A stretch of 64,000 bases of DNA from a virus (IMGVR_UViG_3300033120_000574:32001-96000), one strand, 5' to 3'; counted from the stretch's first letter, positions 16,819 to 26,982 are shown. Numbers and translations are program-made. The notes: generated by a model not told the origin, from the letters alone.

Positions 16819-19180
16819 CTTCAGGGATCTCCTCTTCAGTTTCAAACACGATAGGCTCAGTCAAAGGAACTGCTTGACTTCCTGTTGTTGCTTCAGGCAA
16901 ACGAGCTTGCTTCTTGATCTCCATTTCTAGAGACTCCATAAGGTCTGGATGTTCTTCAAGATAAGCACACAGTTTCTTGTGTCCTTGTGCAATGAGTTCA
17001 CCTTGATAGGAATACCATGCACCTGCTTTCTCCACAAGATTGTAGTACACAGAGAGCGTGGCAATGTCGTTTGATTTAGATACACCTTTACCGTAGTAGA
17101 TTTCAAAGTCTACTTCACGGAATGGAGGTGCAATCTTGTTCTTGATAATCTTGACGTGTGTCAAGTTTCCAACAACACGATCACCTTCTTTGATGGCCTC
17201 TTTCTTACGGATATCTAGACGCTGAGATGCGTAGAACTTAAGTGCGTTTCCACCTGTTGTAGTCTCAGGAGAACCGAACATAACTCCAATCTTCATACGC
17301 AACTGGTTGATGAAGAAGATCAATGTATTTGTCTTGTCCGCAATAGCTGTGAGCTTACGAAGAGCTTGACTCATCAAACGAGCTTGCAAACCCATTTGTG
17401 CAGTGCCCATGTCCGCATCCAACTCAGCTTGCGGCACTAGTGCGGCCACAGAGTCGAGCACAACGATGTCAAAGCCACCAGAGCTGATTAGCTCTTCCAT
17501 GACGGTTAGCGCCTGCTCAGCGGAGTCTGGTTGGCTCAGGACAAGCTTATCCATGTCTACGCCTAGTTGCCTAGCGTACGATGGTGACAAGGCGTGTTCA
17601 GCGTCTACAAAGGCTGCTGCACCACCAAGCTTTTGAATCTCTGCAATAGCGTGCAAAGTCAGCGTAGTGTTGTGCGTTACAACACCGTTTGCAATGAATG
17701 AGTGTGTTTCACTCATTTCAAAGTCAAAGGTAGGTTCCTCACCAGCAGGAGAGACTCCTACTACAGCTACGTAAACATAGTGTTGTTCCGCTATTTCCCG
17801 CAACCTAGCAAGCACTGGCCCTTCCTGCCAGTCAAGACTCAAAATCTCTTTAAGTTTTGCGTAAGTTGGAGAATGCCCGCCTCTAGTATAGTCACCAACT
17901 AGACCATCATGCATTCTAGAAGTTTCACTCATGCCATACAAATCAGTGAGCAAAGACGTGAGATTGGGAATCAAGTCAATAGTAGATTTCACACAAGGCT
18001 TAACTTGGTATTCGTTTTTTCGAATATCAGATTTAAAACCTATGTAGGTATTATAGGCTGCATAGGAAGGTCCAGAGATATTCAAACGCCAATAAGAAGA
18101 GTTTGGGTACTTTGCCACAGGTTTAGGAAACACAGTAGAGTGCACGCCAAAACAAAGTAGTGCTATCTGTACTTCACTAAGAAGTTTTTTAGAGGCAGAG
18201 CAAACTTCGATAGTTGTTCGTTCTGTGTCGATGTGTGATTCACAGTCAACATAGCCCATTAGGAATGATCGAAGACTAGCTAGGTCATTCCTAATCTTTG
18301 GGGGAATGAATTTAGAGGAAGCTACTCCCATAACTAAACCAGTTTCCTCCCTAAAACGAACACTGCCCTCTGTGCTGTTAAAATGGTACTCAACTGTATT
18401 GTTTTGTGTACGAGGATATACTTTTGGTGCTGCGAAACCAAAAGTATTTTGCATTTCAGTAAGAACAACGTTAGTTACTACAGGATCATTGTTTGTGAAA
18501 GATACTCGGCTATCTGTAGAGAGGCAAGAGTCTGCCACAACACAACCCAATGCGTACGCACTGGAAACAAACTCTGTGTGTTGTGGAGTTTCTCGCAGCT
18601 TCAGCAACACATCACCCTCAGATATTTCACTGGTACGCTTCCATACCCAGTTTCCCGTTGGGCTCATGGTCAAATGTGGGTGATTGTGAGTACTCGTAAT
18701 GCTACTTCCATCTGCTAGGTCAACACGTGAGACTTCTCGCAAACCGTTATTAGTAAACTTTACAGTACGCTCTGGCAAACCAACACGGTTTAGCAACGTA
18801 ACAGACTTTTCTGTCACACGAGTTGTACAACTCGCTGCAAGATCATTTTCTGTGAAAAGTTCCTCTATAGTCTGTATACCTGTATTTGTGCGGATATAGG
18901 TATCTTTGGTCAAACACTTGCCGCTAGCTTCAGGTCCAAAGATTTCAACAATCCTTCCACGTGGGTAGCCACCGCCAAGAGCAACGTCCAAGCTAATCGA
19001 ACCACTTGGTGTGCAAGACACGTTTGGCAATGGATGCTTTGAAAACTCAAACACTGTGCCGCTACCAAAACGCTTATTCAATGAAGTCAGTGCAGCTTGT
19101 CTAGCTTCCTCTTTGTTAGAGTGCACTACCTTGATTTCCTTGATCTTAGGTTCTTTCTTCTCTGCTTTTTCTTTTGCCAT
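16808..19180 (-). CDS. recA: RecA recombinase (bacterial type), intein-containing
   Basis: [14 protein letters not shown]|[66 protein letters not shown]. Start taken at MAKEK. Confidence 0.95.
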   Translation of the reverse strand: MAKEKAEKKEPKIKEIKVVHSNKEEARQAALTSLNKRFGSGTVFEFSKHPLPNVSCTPSGSISLDVALGGGYPRGRIVEIFGPEASGKCLTKDTYIRTNTGIQTIEELFTENDLAASCTTRVTEKSVTLLNRVGLPERTVKFTNNGLREVSRVDLADGSSITSTHNHPHLTMSPTGNWVWKRTSEISEGDVLLKLRETPQHTEFVSSAYALGCVVADSCLSTDSRVSFTNNDPVVTNVVLTEMQNTFGFAAPKVYPRTQNNTVEYHFNSTEGSVRFREETGLVMGVASSKFIPPKIRNDLASLRSFLMGYVDCESHIDTERTTIEVCSASKKLLSEVQIALLCFGVHSTVFPKPVAKYPNSSYWRLNISGPSYAAYNTYIGFKSDIRKNEYQVKPCVKSTIDLIPNLTSLLTDLYGMSETSRMHDGLVGDYTRGGHSPTYAKLKEILSLDWQEGPVLARLREIAEQHYVYVAVVGVSPAGEEPTFDFEMSETHSFIANGVVTHNTTLTLHAIAEIQKLGGAAAFVDAEHALSPSYARQLGVDMDKLVLSQPDSAEQALTVMEELISSGGFDIVVLDSVAALVPQAELDADMGTAQMGLQARLMSQALRKLTAIADKTNTLIFFINQLRMKIGVMFGSPETTTGGNALKFYASQRLDIRKKEAIKEGDRVVGNLTHVKIIKNKIAPPFREVDFEIYYGKGVSKSNDIATLSVYYNLVEKAGAWYSYQGELIAQGHKKLCAYLEEHPDLMESLEMEIKKQARLPEATTGSQAVPLTEPIVFETEEEIPEDAE
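17669..18916 (-). mobile_element. Intein in the RecA P-loop (416 aa) with a LAGLIDADG-type domain
   Basis: Starts CLTKDT; block B STHNHPHL; block F EPTFDFEM; ends VTHN|T. Inserted between K and T of Walker A. Confidence 0.92.
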
Positions 19181-19205
19181 TTTCTTGATTCCGTTCTTTG
19201 TATTT

Positions 19206-19245
19206 AAAAAGAAAGAGGACCCGATGAGTGAACACCAGATCCTCT
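19206..19245 (-). terminator. Intrinsic terminator between ssb and recA
   Basis: AGAGGATCTGGTG-TTCACT-CATCGGGTCCTCT (G-U pairs) followed by TTCTTTTT. Confidence 0.65.
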
Positions 19246-19263
19246 CACTCATGTTTTGATAGA

Positions 19264-20190
19264 TCAGCCTAGTTGAGCACGCATCTCAGCAGCCAAGTCT
19301 GCATCGTCATCGTCTTCCTTGATGGCAGTTCCACCAAGTGACCAACCAGGATTGCCTGCGTTACCAGTACCTGTTGGCATCGCTCCTGCATTACCACCTG
19401 GAGTATTTGCAGGAAGAACACCCTTGATATAGGACGCAGCCTTACCCTCTGACAAGACCTTAAGCATTTCTGCTACAGTCTGGAAAGAACGACCAACGTT
19501 TGCAAGGTTTGGAATTGTGAAGTCAACTGGAAGTGGAACCTTTGTTGGCTTCATTTCTGGAGTTACTGTGTACTTGGTGTTCAAGCCATCACCAGACTTG
19601 GTAATCTGAATGTTGTGTCCAGCTTCCAAATCTGTAATGTCCAACTCATTGCTGAGTACTAGAGTAGCAATACCCTCGTACACAGTAGAAGTTGCTGCGT
19701 AAACCTGTACCTTGGGATCTCCGACTGCAAATGGAGCCTCAGTCTCAGGGCGTGTGTTCTTCCACTCAGTAAGATCCTTACTGGTGTAGAGCGGATCCTT
19801 CAAGTCGATGATTGACATGTTATACGCAACCTTCGCCTTGAAATCTTTAGCAAGCTCTTGAGCTTCTGGATTTGACTTCTGTGACTTCAACTGTTCAACA
19901 AGTGCACAGATTGGACAGTCAGTGTCAGTCGCGCCAGGAGTCTTTGCGGGGCAAAGAACAGGTCCAGCCTTCTCAGGTCCGGCATTCCAATGCTGCCATA
20001 CTTCACGCCAAAATGATCCAGCGTAAAATCCCTCGTCAGTCCATGGTGGAAGAATACGAACCTTATTCACACCCTTCTGTGGCTTCCAATACTTAAGTGC
20101 TGTAGTCTCGCCCCCTCCACGTGTCATTCGTGCTTGTACTTCAGCGTGAGCCTTCTTCAACTTTTCATTCATTACGGAATCGAGTGCCAT
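19264..20190 (-). CDS. Single-stranded DNA-binding protein (gp32-like)
   Basis: [19 protein letters not shown] zinc site, D...[18 protein letters not shown], acidic C-terminal tail. Confidence 0.8.
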   Translation of the reverse strand: MALDSVMNEKLKKAHAEVQARMTRGGGETTALKYWKPQKGVNKVRILPPWTDEGFYAGSFWREVWQHWNAGPEKAGPVLCPAKTPGATDTDCPICALVEQLKSQKSNPEAQELAKDFKAKVAYNMSIIDLKDPLYTSKDLTEWKNTRPETEAPFAVGDPKVQVYAATSTVYEGIATLVLSNELDITDLEAGHNIQITKSGDGLNTKYTVTPEMKPTKVPLPVDFTIPNLANVGRSFQTVAEMLKVLSEGKAASYIKGVLPANTPGGNAGAMPTGTGNAGNPGWSLGGTAIKEDDDDADLAAEMRAQLG

Positions 20191-20251
20191 TTGTTTTATT
20201 TCTTTCTTTGTTTACTAGTTTCTACCAGTTAAGGTAGGTTTGGTTAGCGAC

Positions 20252-20279
20252 AGTCTACCACATTGTGAACTGTCGTCAA
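20252..20279 (-). promoter_or_regulatory. Sigma70-like promoter upstream of ssb
   Basis: TTGACG-16 nt-TAGACT with TG in the extended -10 position. Confidence 0.5.
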
Positions 20280-20286
20280 CGAAGTC

Positions 20287-20769
20287 TTAGCGGTTACGCA
20301 TCTCATTTGATAGCAAGGTAGTATCCGCACGGAACTCAGTACGGAAGTTAGCTCCCAAGGAAACTAACATCTCTTTGCGTGCAGCCATCGCATCTCGTGC
20401 AGCCTTTAGAACACCAAGTTCACGCTCAGCTTCCATGCATTCATCTTGCATTGCAACGTACGTGTCATCGATGATTACGCTGTTCTCTACCATCTTCTCA
20501 GTCATTTTCAAGCCTGATAGGTGGGCTTCTTGTCGTTTCTGAATGTCGAGAACTGCGTACTGTCTCTTCAGGTTAATCTCTAGTCGTCTAAGTTTATCAG
20601 CAGCAAGCTCGAAACAAGTAGAGTAATAAGCAAAGCGCTCGCTATGTTCAGCAAACTCAACAGACAAATCTGTGCGGTTAATGTACAAATGATCATCGAG
20701 TTCGCTTGTGTATGTGATTTCGCCTACAGTGTGCGTGGGTGCAAGTTCAGTTAATTTTGGTCGTGTCAT
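20287..20769 (-). CDS. UvsY-like recombination mediator
   Basis: Helical 160-aa protein (L.INRTDLS.EF..H...F.YY...KMTEKMVEN.V..D..Y...A..ARKEMLVSLGA) located between the polymerase and ssb genes. Confidence 0.65.
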   Translation of the reverse strand: MTRPKLTELAPTHTVGEITYTSELDDHLYINRTDLSVEFAEHSERFAYYSTCFELAADKLRRLEINLKRQYAVLDIQKRQEAHLSGLKMTEKMVENSVIIDDTYVAMQDECMEAERELGVLKAARDAMAARKEMLVSLGANFRTEFRADTTLLSNEMRNR

Positions 20770-20792
20770 AACTTCCTTTTAGTACAGATTTT

Positions 20793-23700
20793 CTAAAAGT
20801 GAAGCGATTTCTTGTCGCCCCAAGATGTTTCACTATAAGAGAATTCTGCGATAATATCGATTGCAAACTTCCAGTCTTCCATAGCTTTCTTGATAGCAGG
20901 AAGTAAGTCCATTTCAGACTTATGCATATAGATTTGTACTTCGTCATGTACAAAGTTGACAAGTTTGCTCTTCTTACCCTTCAGGATGTTCCTGATACGC
21001 ACTACGGCAACCTTGAACAAATCAGCTGCAGTGTTGTGTTGCACCAACCCACGACAAATATACGAATGGTCTTCTCCATGTAGTTCAAGATCCATAGTTG
21101 GAAGAACTCCCTTTGGATTGATCTCAAGAATAGTTGCCCAATCCAGTTTTAGCAGGTCGCGAAGATTGGTTTCAACCGCACCAACTTTATCTAGTAATGC
21201 AAGGGCGGTATATTTGTTCATGCGCAAGGATTTGACTGCAACTCGCTCAGACTTGGTGAGAAGCAACCAGTTACTTGAGCCGCTGACTGCTTGTTTCACA
21301 GCAGCAAGTAGCTCTCTTGGAAGCTTACTTTTCGTAAACTTTTGTGTAGCATGGGTCAATGCATGCTGTTGCTTATAGTCAAGGCCATGGATAACTACTT
21401 GTGTGTAAGCTTCCAGGTGTTCCTGGCGAATAAGAACCCGGTAATAGCCCGCATCTTCTTTGAGACGAGACTGTATGCCTAATGACTGTAGTAGCAACTG
21501 TACAGACTCTGCGACCTGTTTTACCTTGTTAGTAAACCCAATACATTGTCCATTCAAGCCACCATCGGTGTCCATAAGCCCACGAAGTACTGCTGCTCGA
21601 ATAGCTCTCGGCTGCGTCTGCAACCAAGAGGGAACTACTTTGTCTAGCTTGGAAACACGTTCCAATCCAAGAGAAAGCAATGCTTCCCGTGCTTCTTTGT
21701 TTTCTACGGAAACAACGTAATTTATGTTTCCAGTGGACTTAACAACGGTTCTTAGTTTTGGTGTAGTTTGTGGAAACACACGTAAGACAAGGGCTTGTAC
21801 ATATTCAGCCCAGTCTTTAGACAAGCCACAAGAAACTGTGAACACGTTTCTAATGTGTTCTTTATTTCTTGTGCCATTGATCCCTCTTACTATTCCGTAA
21901 GAACCATCACCCACCAAAATACCAATCAACTCCGCCATGTCTTCAGTAGTCTTAGCTTGGCCACCTTCTACATTTGCGGTCAAACCAACAACTTGTTGAC
22001 CAACAGACAAATCGCAGATGGATTTAAACTCCAAATCCATTGTAGCTGGATCAAGTACAAAGAACTTGTGTTCCGTAGAACAAATCCCTGTTGAGATACT
22101 TGTTACTACTTCCACAGATGCTTTCTCACCAGTATCCAAAACTGTGTAGTTCTCTTCTGTACCTGTGTATGTCACCAGTGGGGGCTTGCCCAACTCTTCA
22201 AGCTTGTTCAACGGCACATAACCTTGAGTAGTTAATACCGGTGCGTTTGGATCTTGGCAGCCCTGTACCAGGAAGTTAACCCCTTGTCTAGCTGCACGTG
22301 CTTCCATCCAACGCAGTGTCTTATCCCTTGTGACTTTAGAAATGTTGGCATGTGGCAGATGACGTACACGACCAAAGTAGTTTGTTACCTGCAAGTCTCT
22401 AGCAACAAGTGCTTTTCCTTGAGAAACAAACTGGCGCACGCCCACATATTTATCTAGATACTGGTCAATATACCCTTGGCAGATTCCAACCCACTCTTCG
22501 TCGGATGCATCTTTGTATTTGCTAGGACGCTCAATCTGCTCCGAGAGCCCAGGTGCTCCAACACCATAGATAATGCCGAAGTTGATACGCTTCGCAACAC
22601 CACGAAGCAATGAGTATTCCTTATACATAGGATGGTTCTCATCCTTGAGTATTTCGGACACAGCTTCTACGTCTAGACCCCACATCTCACAGAACGTGCG
22701 CGTGTGAACGTCCTGGTTTCTTCTATATGCATCAAGAAGTAAAGGATCTTGAGAATAGTGTGCAGTTAAGCGTACTTCTATTTGGGAGTAGTCGGCAAAT
22801 ACATAGATGTACTCATCACTCCACGGAACAAAGGCTTTACGAATGCTTTTATTGCGTGCAGGAATGTTTTGGAGGTTTGGATCCTGTGACGACATGCGTC
22901 CAGTAGCAACGTTTTGATTAAACGAACAGTGAAGTACGTCCTCGTTGCTGATCTTCTCGAAAATACCGTCTACATATGTGTTCTTTGTCTTGAGAACTTC
23001 ACGCAAAGACAGGATTGCCTTTACAATCTCGTGTTTTGACTTGAGTTTCTCAAGAACTTTCTTATCTAGAACGTATTTCTTACCCTCATCGTCGTCTTCT
23101 AGATGTGCAGTGGCCTCTGTTGCCTTTGTAAGCTTCACTCCCTTGTCTTGTAGCGCCTCTGCAAGCTGCTGCACGGACTTGAGATTGATGTCACCAAGCT
23201 CAGCCTTGATAATGGTTGTCAGTTCTTCTATACGGGCGTCTAGAATCTTTCCAGTTTCGACTAGATGTGCACGAGAAACGCGCATGCCATGTTCTTCTGC
23301 TTCAAAGAGAGCAAGAAGAAGGTTCATTTCGTTCTTATACAGTGCAGTTAAGCCTGCAGTCCATGTAATGTTCCTTACACAGTACTCATACACACGATAA
23401 GTAAGATACGTATCTAGTGCTGCGTACTCCGTCATCAAAGAAATAGGAATAAATCCGTAATGGATATCTTCTTTTCCTGATTTTGCATACTCGTGGTCTA
23501 CTAACTCTTTAGCAATGTGCTTTTTTAGCTCATTGCGCTTCATATGTTGAAACTCAATTTGCTTACAACGAATATCTGCTTCGGCCATTACAAGCTTACG
23601 AAACAGATCTCTACGTAAACGAGACTCACGTGTGCGCCACTCTGAGAGTTGCTTCTCTTTGACGGATGCTGCGCCATCCACGATGCCCTTATGCCAACGA

Positions 23701-25301
23701 CCAAGCTCATCCTTCCAGCCGGAAGCAATGACTTTCAAAGCGCCAGGCGCATTCTCATCAAAGAAATGCCAAAGGATGCGTGTGTCATGAATCTTACAAA
23801 GAATGTCTATGCCTTCTCTCTTGTAGAAGTGCATATCAAACTTGCAATTTGATACACAAAACCCTGCGTTTACGAAAAAGTTCTTGTTATCCTCTACAGC
23901 GATACAATATTCTCTTGCCTTTTGAAACTTTCTAGAAATACCATCTCGCCCGTTCTTTTGGAACAATGGAGTAATGGATGCAACAGTTTCAGCAAACAAA
24001 GAAGTATCAAACAAATTCCAATCTGCAGTAGCCACAACACTACCAACTGGAGTTTTACGTGCCATGCATGCAGGAATCCAAGGACACAAAAGATCCCACA
24101 CAGGAGTGGGAGATCCACTAGATAGATAAATACGACATACGTCTTCTCCAGCGCCCTCCACATCTCGGTACCGTATAGAGAATCCAAGGTTATTAAGTTT
24201 GTTAGCTAGCGCTTCTCTAAGAGAAGCGGGCACAGTTGATGTAATTACTGGATAATTACCGGATTCTATATGCCCGTCATCACAATACCACATGGCTACT
24301 GCAGGAACGTCTACAGCAGCTATCCAATCAACGTTCAACGATTTTGTTCCAGTTGGTGCCACTGTAGCAAAGATGTCATGAAGTCGCGCGTCAGTGCTGG
24401 TCGTGAACTTAGACAGTTGTCCTGTAGGTTTACCAAAACCTCGATTATTTTTACTTATGACAATCGTTGAAGGACACAAAGAAGACAAGATTGAACGCTT
24501 CCACTCTACATAAGCCAAATCTTCTATGCAATGTGCAATAGTAATGTGAGGAGTTTTAGCTTTCGCTGTTTTCTGCAGTGAAATTGAAGCATCCCCTAAA
24601 AGGGTTCCTAACAGAAAGGAACGAAGTCCAGCAAGGTTAGGCAAAGCAGTTACTACTTTATCTCCTGGCATCAATGAGTCGGCGGTGACGCGACCACGGG
24701 ATGTGATGATTTCATGGTCAATTGTGCAGGACACTACACCTTTTGACGCAAAAGAAATACGAAGCCACTCTTCATTTGGACGAAGATCCCCTTTAAGCCA
24801 ATTAACCACTCTCTTAGATTCGAGTTGTCCTGTCTCCTCATTAAGACACAAGACAGGGCCAGGATGCTTGTCCTTCACCATCTTATCTATCTTCATCTTT
24901 GTACCGTCAGCAAGCAATACTTCTGAGGAGGCATGCATGCAGTTATGCCATATCGTCGATTTAGTCTTATCACTAAAGAACTCAATCAAGTCATCTTTGA
25001 TATCCAGAATATCAATCTGGGCTTCTTGTGGACCTTCTTGAACTGACGCGCTGTGACGCAAGGGTATATAGAAGTGTTGGTCTTTCCAACCAAAGGACAA
25101 GCCAATTACTTCATGGTCCTTAAACCACTGGAAACCTGTTGTTTCAGTATCGCAAGCTACCAGCTTTTGTTGTGCCAGGATTTCGTAAAACGCCTTCCAC
25201 TCCGTAAGAGTATTAACACAGTATAAGTAGGAGTCTCCAATGCTGCGCCAGCAGGTCATTGGTACGTTATTGAATATTTCAGTTGGTAGGTTACTTAGCA
25301 T
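20793..25301 (-). CDS. polA: Family A DNA polymerase with 3'-5' exonuclease and two inteins (about 728 aa after splicing)
   Basis: ExoI DTETTG, ExoII WHN|CKFD, ExoIII YAALD, TGRMSSQDPNLQNIP, motif A ADYSQIEVR, motif B R..AKRINFGIIYG, VQG|TAAD, motif C VHDEV. Confidence 0.95.
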   Translation of the reverse strand: MLSNLPTEIFNNVPMTCWRSIGDSYLYCVNTLTEWKAFYEILAQQKLVACDTETTGFQWFKDHEVIGLSFGWKDQHFYIPLRHSASVQEGPQEAQIDILDIKDDLIEFFSDKTKSTIWHNCMHASSEVLLADGTKMKIDKMVKDKHPGPVLCLNEETGQLESKRVVNWLKGDLRPNEEWLRISFASKGVVSCTIDHEIITSRGRVTADSLMPGDKVVTALPNLAGLRSFLLGTLLGDASISLQKTAKAKTPHITIAHCIEDLAYVEWKRSILSSLCPSTIVISKNNRGFGKPTGQLSKFTTSTDARLHDIFATVAPTGTKSLNVDWIAAVDVPAVAMWYCDDGHIESGNYPVITSTVPASLREALANKLNNLGFSIRYRDVEGAGEDVCRIYLSSGSPTPVWDLLCPWIPACMARKTPVGSVVATADWNLFDTSLFAETVASITPLFQKNGRDGISRKFQKAREYCIAVEDNKNFFVNAGFCVSNCKFDMHFYKREGIDILCKIHDTRILWHFFDENAPGALKVIASGWKDELGRWHKGIVDGAASVKEKQLSEWRTRESRLRRDLFRKLVMAEADIRCKQIEFQHMKRNELKKHIAKELVDHEYAKSGKEDIHYGFIPISLMTEYAALDTYLTYRVYEYCVRNITWTAGLTALYKNEMNLLLALFEAEEHGMRVSRAHLVETGKILDARIEELTTIIKAELGDINLKSVQQLAEALQDKGVKLTKATEATAHLEDDDEGKKYVLDKKVLEKLKSKHEIVKAILSLREVLKTKNTYVDGIFEKISNEDVLHCSFNQNVATGRMSSQDPNLQNIPARNKSIRKAFVPWSDEYIYVFADYSQIEVRLTAHYSQDPLLLDAYRRNQDVHTRTFCEMWGLDVEAVSEILKDENHPMYKEYSLLRGVAKRINFGIIYGVGAPGLSEQIERPSKYKDASDEEWVGICQGYIDQYLDKYVGVRQFVSQGKALVARDLQVTNYFGRVRHLPHANISKVTRDKTLRWMEARAARQGVNFLVQGCQDPNAPVLTTQGYVPLNKLEELGKPPLVTYTGTEENYTVLDTGEKASVEVVTSISTGICSTEHKFFVLDPATMDLEFKSICDLSVGQQVVGLTANVEGGQAKTTEDMAELIGILVGDGSYGIVRGINGTRNKEHIRNVFTVSCGLSKDWAEYVQALVLRVFPQTTPKLRTVVKSTGNINYVVSVENKEAREALLSLGLERVSKLDKVVPSWLQTQPRAIRAAVLRGLMDTDGGLNGQCIGFTNKVKQVAESVQLLLQSLGIQSRLKEDAGYYRVLIRQEHLEAYTQVVIHGLDYKQQHALTHATQKFTKSKLPRELLAAVKQAVSGSSNWLLLTKSERVAVKSLRMNKYTALALLDKVGAVETNLRDLLKLDWATILEINPKGVLPTMDLELHGEDHSYICRGLVQHNTAADLFKVAVVRIRNILKGKKSKLVNFVHDEVQIYMHKSEMDLLPAIKKAMEDWKFAIDIIAEFSYSETSWGDKKSLHF
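21033..22259 (-). mobile_element. Intein 2 in PolA (409 aa), LAGLIDADG
   Basis: Starts CQDPNA; LIGILVGDG and VLRGLMDTDGG blocks; ends VQHN|T. Confidence 0.92.
23847..24941 (-). mobile_element. Intein 1 in the PolA exonuclease domain (365 aa), LAGLIDADG
   Basis: Starts CMHASS; block B TIDHEI; FLLGTLLGDAS and AMWYCDDG blocks; ends CVSN|C. Confidence 0.88.
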
Positions 25302-25325
25302 TATTATTACCTATAGACTAGTACA

Positions 25326-25955
25326 TTACTTGTACGTCCTTGCTGCAAATATGTCTAATGGGACTTTTCCAGCACGCATGTCATCTGTGATTCGGTCATC
25401 ACCGATGCATGTGTACGATCTACAAGTCATTGGACGTGTAGCATAGATTCCACACTTGTTATTGTCCGTTAGGAATGGGCAACGTTCACCAATCTTACCT
25501 TCCAAGTAGTAAGCATTTTGAGCGTCTTGCATAGGCATACCAACTCTTGCTGCCTGTAGGAAGCTGCTGCCAAGCTGGTTAACTATGTCTGGAGTTATCT
25601 CCACTGCGTTGTCACCAAACAAACCGGAATCGTATTCTTGCTTGGATATGTTTACGGCAAACACAGTACAGCACACAGCAACACAAGTGTCACACGGTGG
25701 AGTCTTGTCTTTTGGTATTGGTGGGTGTGTGTCATACACCACACGCAAATTAACCTGTAACTTAGCTTTCTTGACTGTGTTATCTATTTGCACTTTAGGA
25801 AGCTTGAAAACAGTTGTCTTCGCTTCCGCAGGCAATGGAGACGTGTTCTCATTGGATACAAAAGTACGTGGAAGCTTTCTGGAGGCTTCCATGCTTTGCA
25901 AGTGTGTGGGCTTTAGCAAAGCGATATGTATTGGCTTCTTAAGTATGTCTGTCAT
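25326..25955 (-). CDS. YkgJ/CxxCxxCC-family Zn or Fe-S cluster protein
   Basis: PCDTCVAVCC...CPFL....CGIYATRPMTCRSYTC. Confidence 0.85.
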   Translation of the reverse strand: MTDILKKPIHIALLKPTHLQSMEASRKLPRTFVSNENTSPLPAEAKTTVFKLPKVQIDNTVKKAKLQVNLRVVYDTHPPIPKDKTPPCDTCVAVCCTVFAVNISKQEYDSGLFGDNAVEITPDIVNQLGSSFLQAARVGMPMQDAQNAYYLEGKIGERCPFLTDNNKCGIYATRPMTCRSYTCIGDDRITDDMRAGKVPLDIFAARTYK

Positions 25956-26227
25956 TTCTTACCTGTAACGTGACGTGACATCTTTATGCTGGTGGGATCT
26001 TGCTTTAATAGCTTTTTTGTATGGTCACGAGAACGCTTACGTAAACTCTTAGCTTGGTCATCCTTGCTAAGCATAGAATACACAGCAGGCTTGGGAGCAG
26101 ACAGAGTGCTTGCACACAACCTAGAACATGCTGGACAGGCAGCGTCAGAGCTTCCGCCAGACTGGGTCATGTCTTCAAAAGAAGAATCACATGCAGCACA
26201 ATAGTAGTCACGTAAAATCCAAGCCAT
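25952..26227 (-). CDS. FmdB-like zinc-ribbon protein
   Basis: DYYCAACDSSFE...ACPACS....TLSAP. Confidence 0.75.
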   Translation of the reverse strand: MAWILRDYYCAACDSSFEDMTQSGGSSDAACPACSRLCASTLSAPKPAVYSMLSKDDQAKSLRKRSRDHTKKLLKQDPTSIKMSRHVTGKK

Positions 26228-26663
26228 ATATGCTCCGAATCGCTTGTAGTAAAATGTCTATTTGTGCTGTTGTAGTAACTAGCACACGTTTAGTGAACGG
26301 TTTGCACTTCTTGATGTTTCCAACAGGAATGGTTTCCACTGGAAGAAGTGTATGGATAGCACTTGCTAATCCGTCATTCAAGTCAAGAAAACAGGCAGAC
26401 TTTGAGTCTGTCCAAAGTCTAAATGTCTTGTTTCCATACAGCAACAGCATGTGTGAACTTGCTGCTTTTGCCCACAACACATTTCCTAAGTTCGAGTACA
26501 GGTGAAGGAAAGACTGTGTAGAAGTATGAAACCAACGAGAAGGTAGAATTCCATCATGTTTTACTTTAGAAACAAGGTACTGTAAAAGTACATCGGAGTG
26601 ATTACCACGGGAATAGTAGCCACTCCGAATGTACTTGTATTCATCTTCTAAACTATCGGTCAT
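26208..26663 (-). CDS. Hypothetical protein
   Basis: Likely start MTDSLEDEY (26663, GGAG SD). Confidence 0.55.
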   Translation of the reverse strand: MTDSLEDEYKYIRSGYYSRGNHSDVLLQYLVSKVKHDGILPSRWFHTSTQSFLHLYSNLGNVLWAKAASSHMLLLYGNKTFRLWTDSKSACFLDLNDGLASAIHTLLPVETIPVGNIKKCKPFTKRVLVTTTAQIDILLQAIRSIYGLDFT

Positions 26664-26982
26664 CTCCACTACCTTGAAGCGTACCAGCAAGCTTACGTGC
26701 AGCAAGCTTAGCAATGTTCTTTGAAGCTATGGTTTCCATGTCATAGCCAAGTTCACTTGCGCAACTTGCAACGTACCAAAGCACGTCACCAAGTTCCTTA
26801 GCCATGGCAGCCTTAGCTTCTTCTGTTGCTACTCCATTGCAATCACGGATGATCTTCTTAACCTTGTCCGCAAACTCTCCAGACTCTCCACACAAACCCA
26901 AGGCAGTGTATGCAAGGTTGTTACCCTTGTTTGGGTACACCGCAGTGGAAATAGCCATCTCTTGATAATCATTCATCTTCAT
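26653..26982 (-). CDS. MazG-like nucleotide pyrophosphohydrolase
   Basis: LGLCGESGEFADKVKK...KELGDVLWY...NIAKL..R. Confidence 0.9.
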   Translation of the reverse strand: MKMNDYQEMAISTAVYPNKGNNLAYTALGLCGESGEFADKVKKIIRDCNGVATEEAKAAMAKELGDVLWYVASCASELGYDMETIASKNIAKLAARKLAGTLQGSGDDR

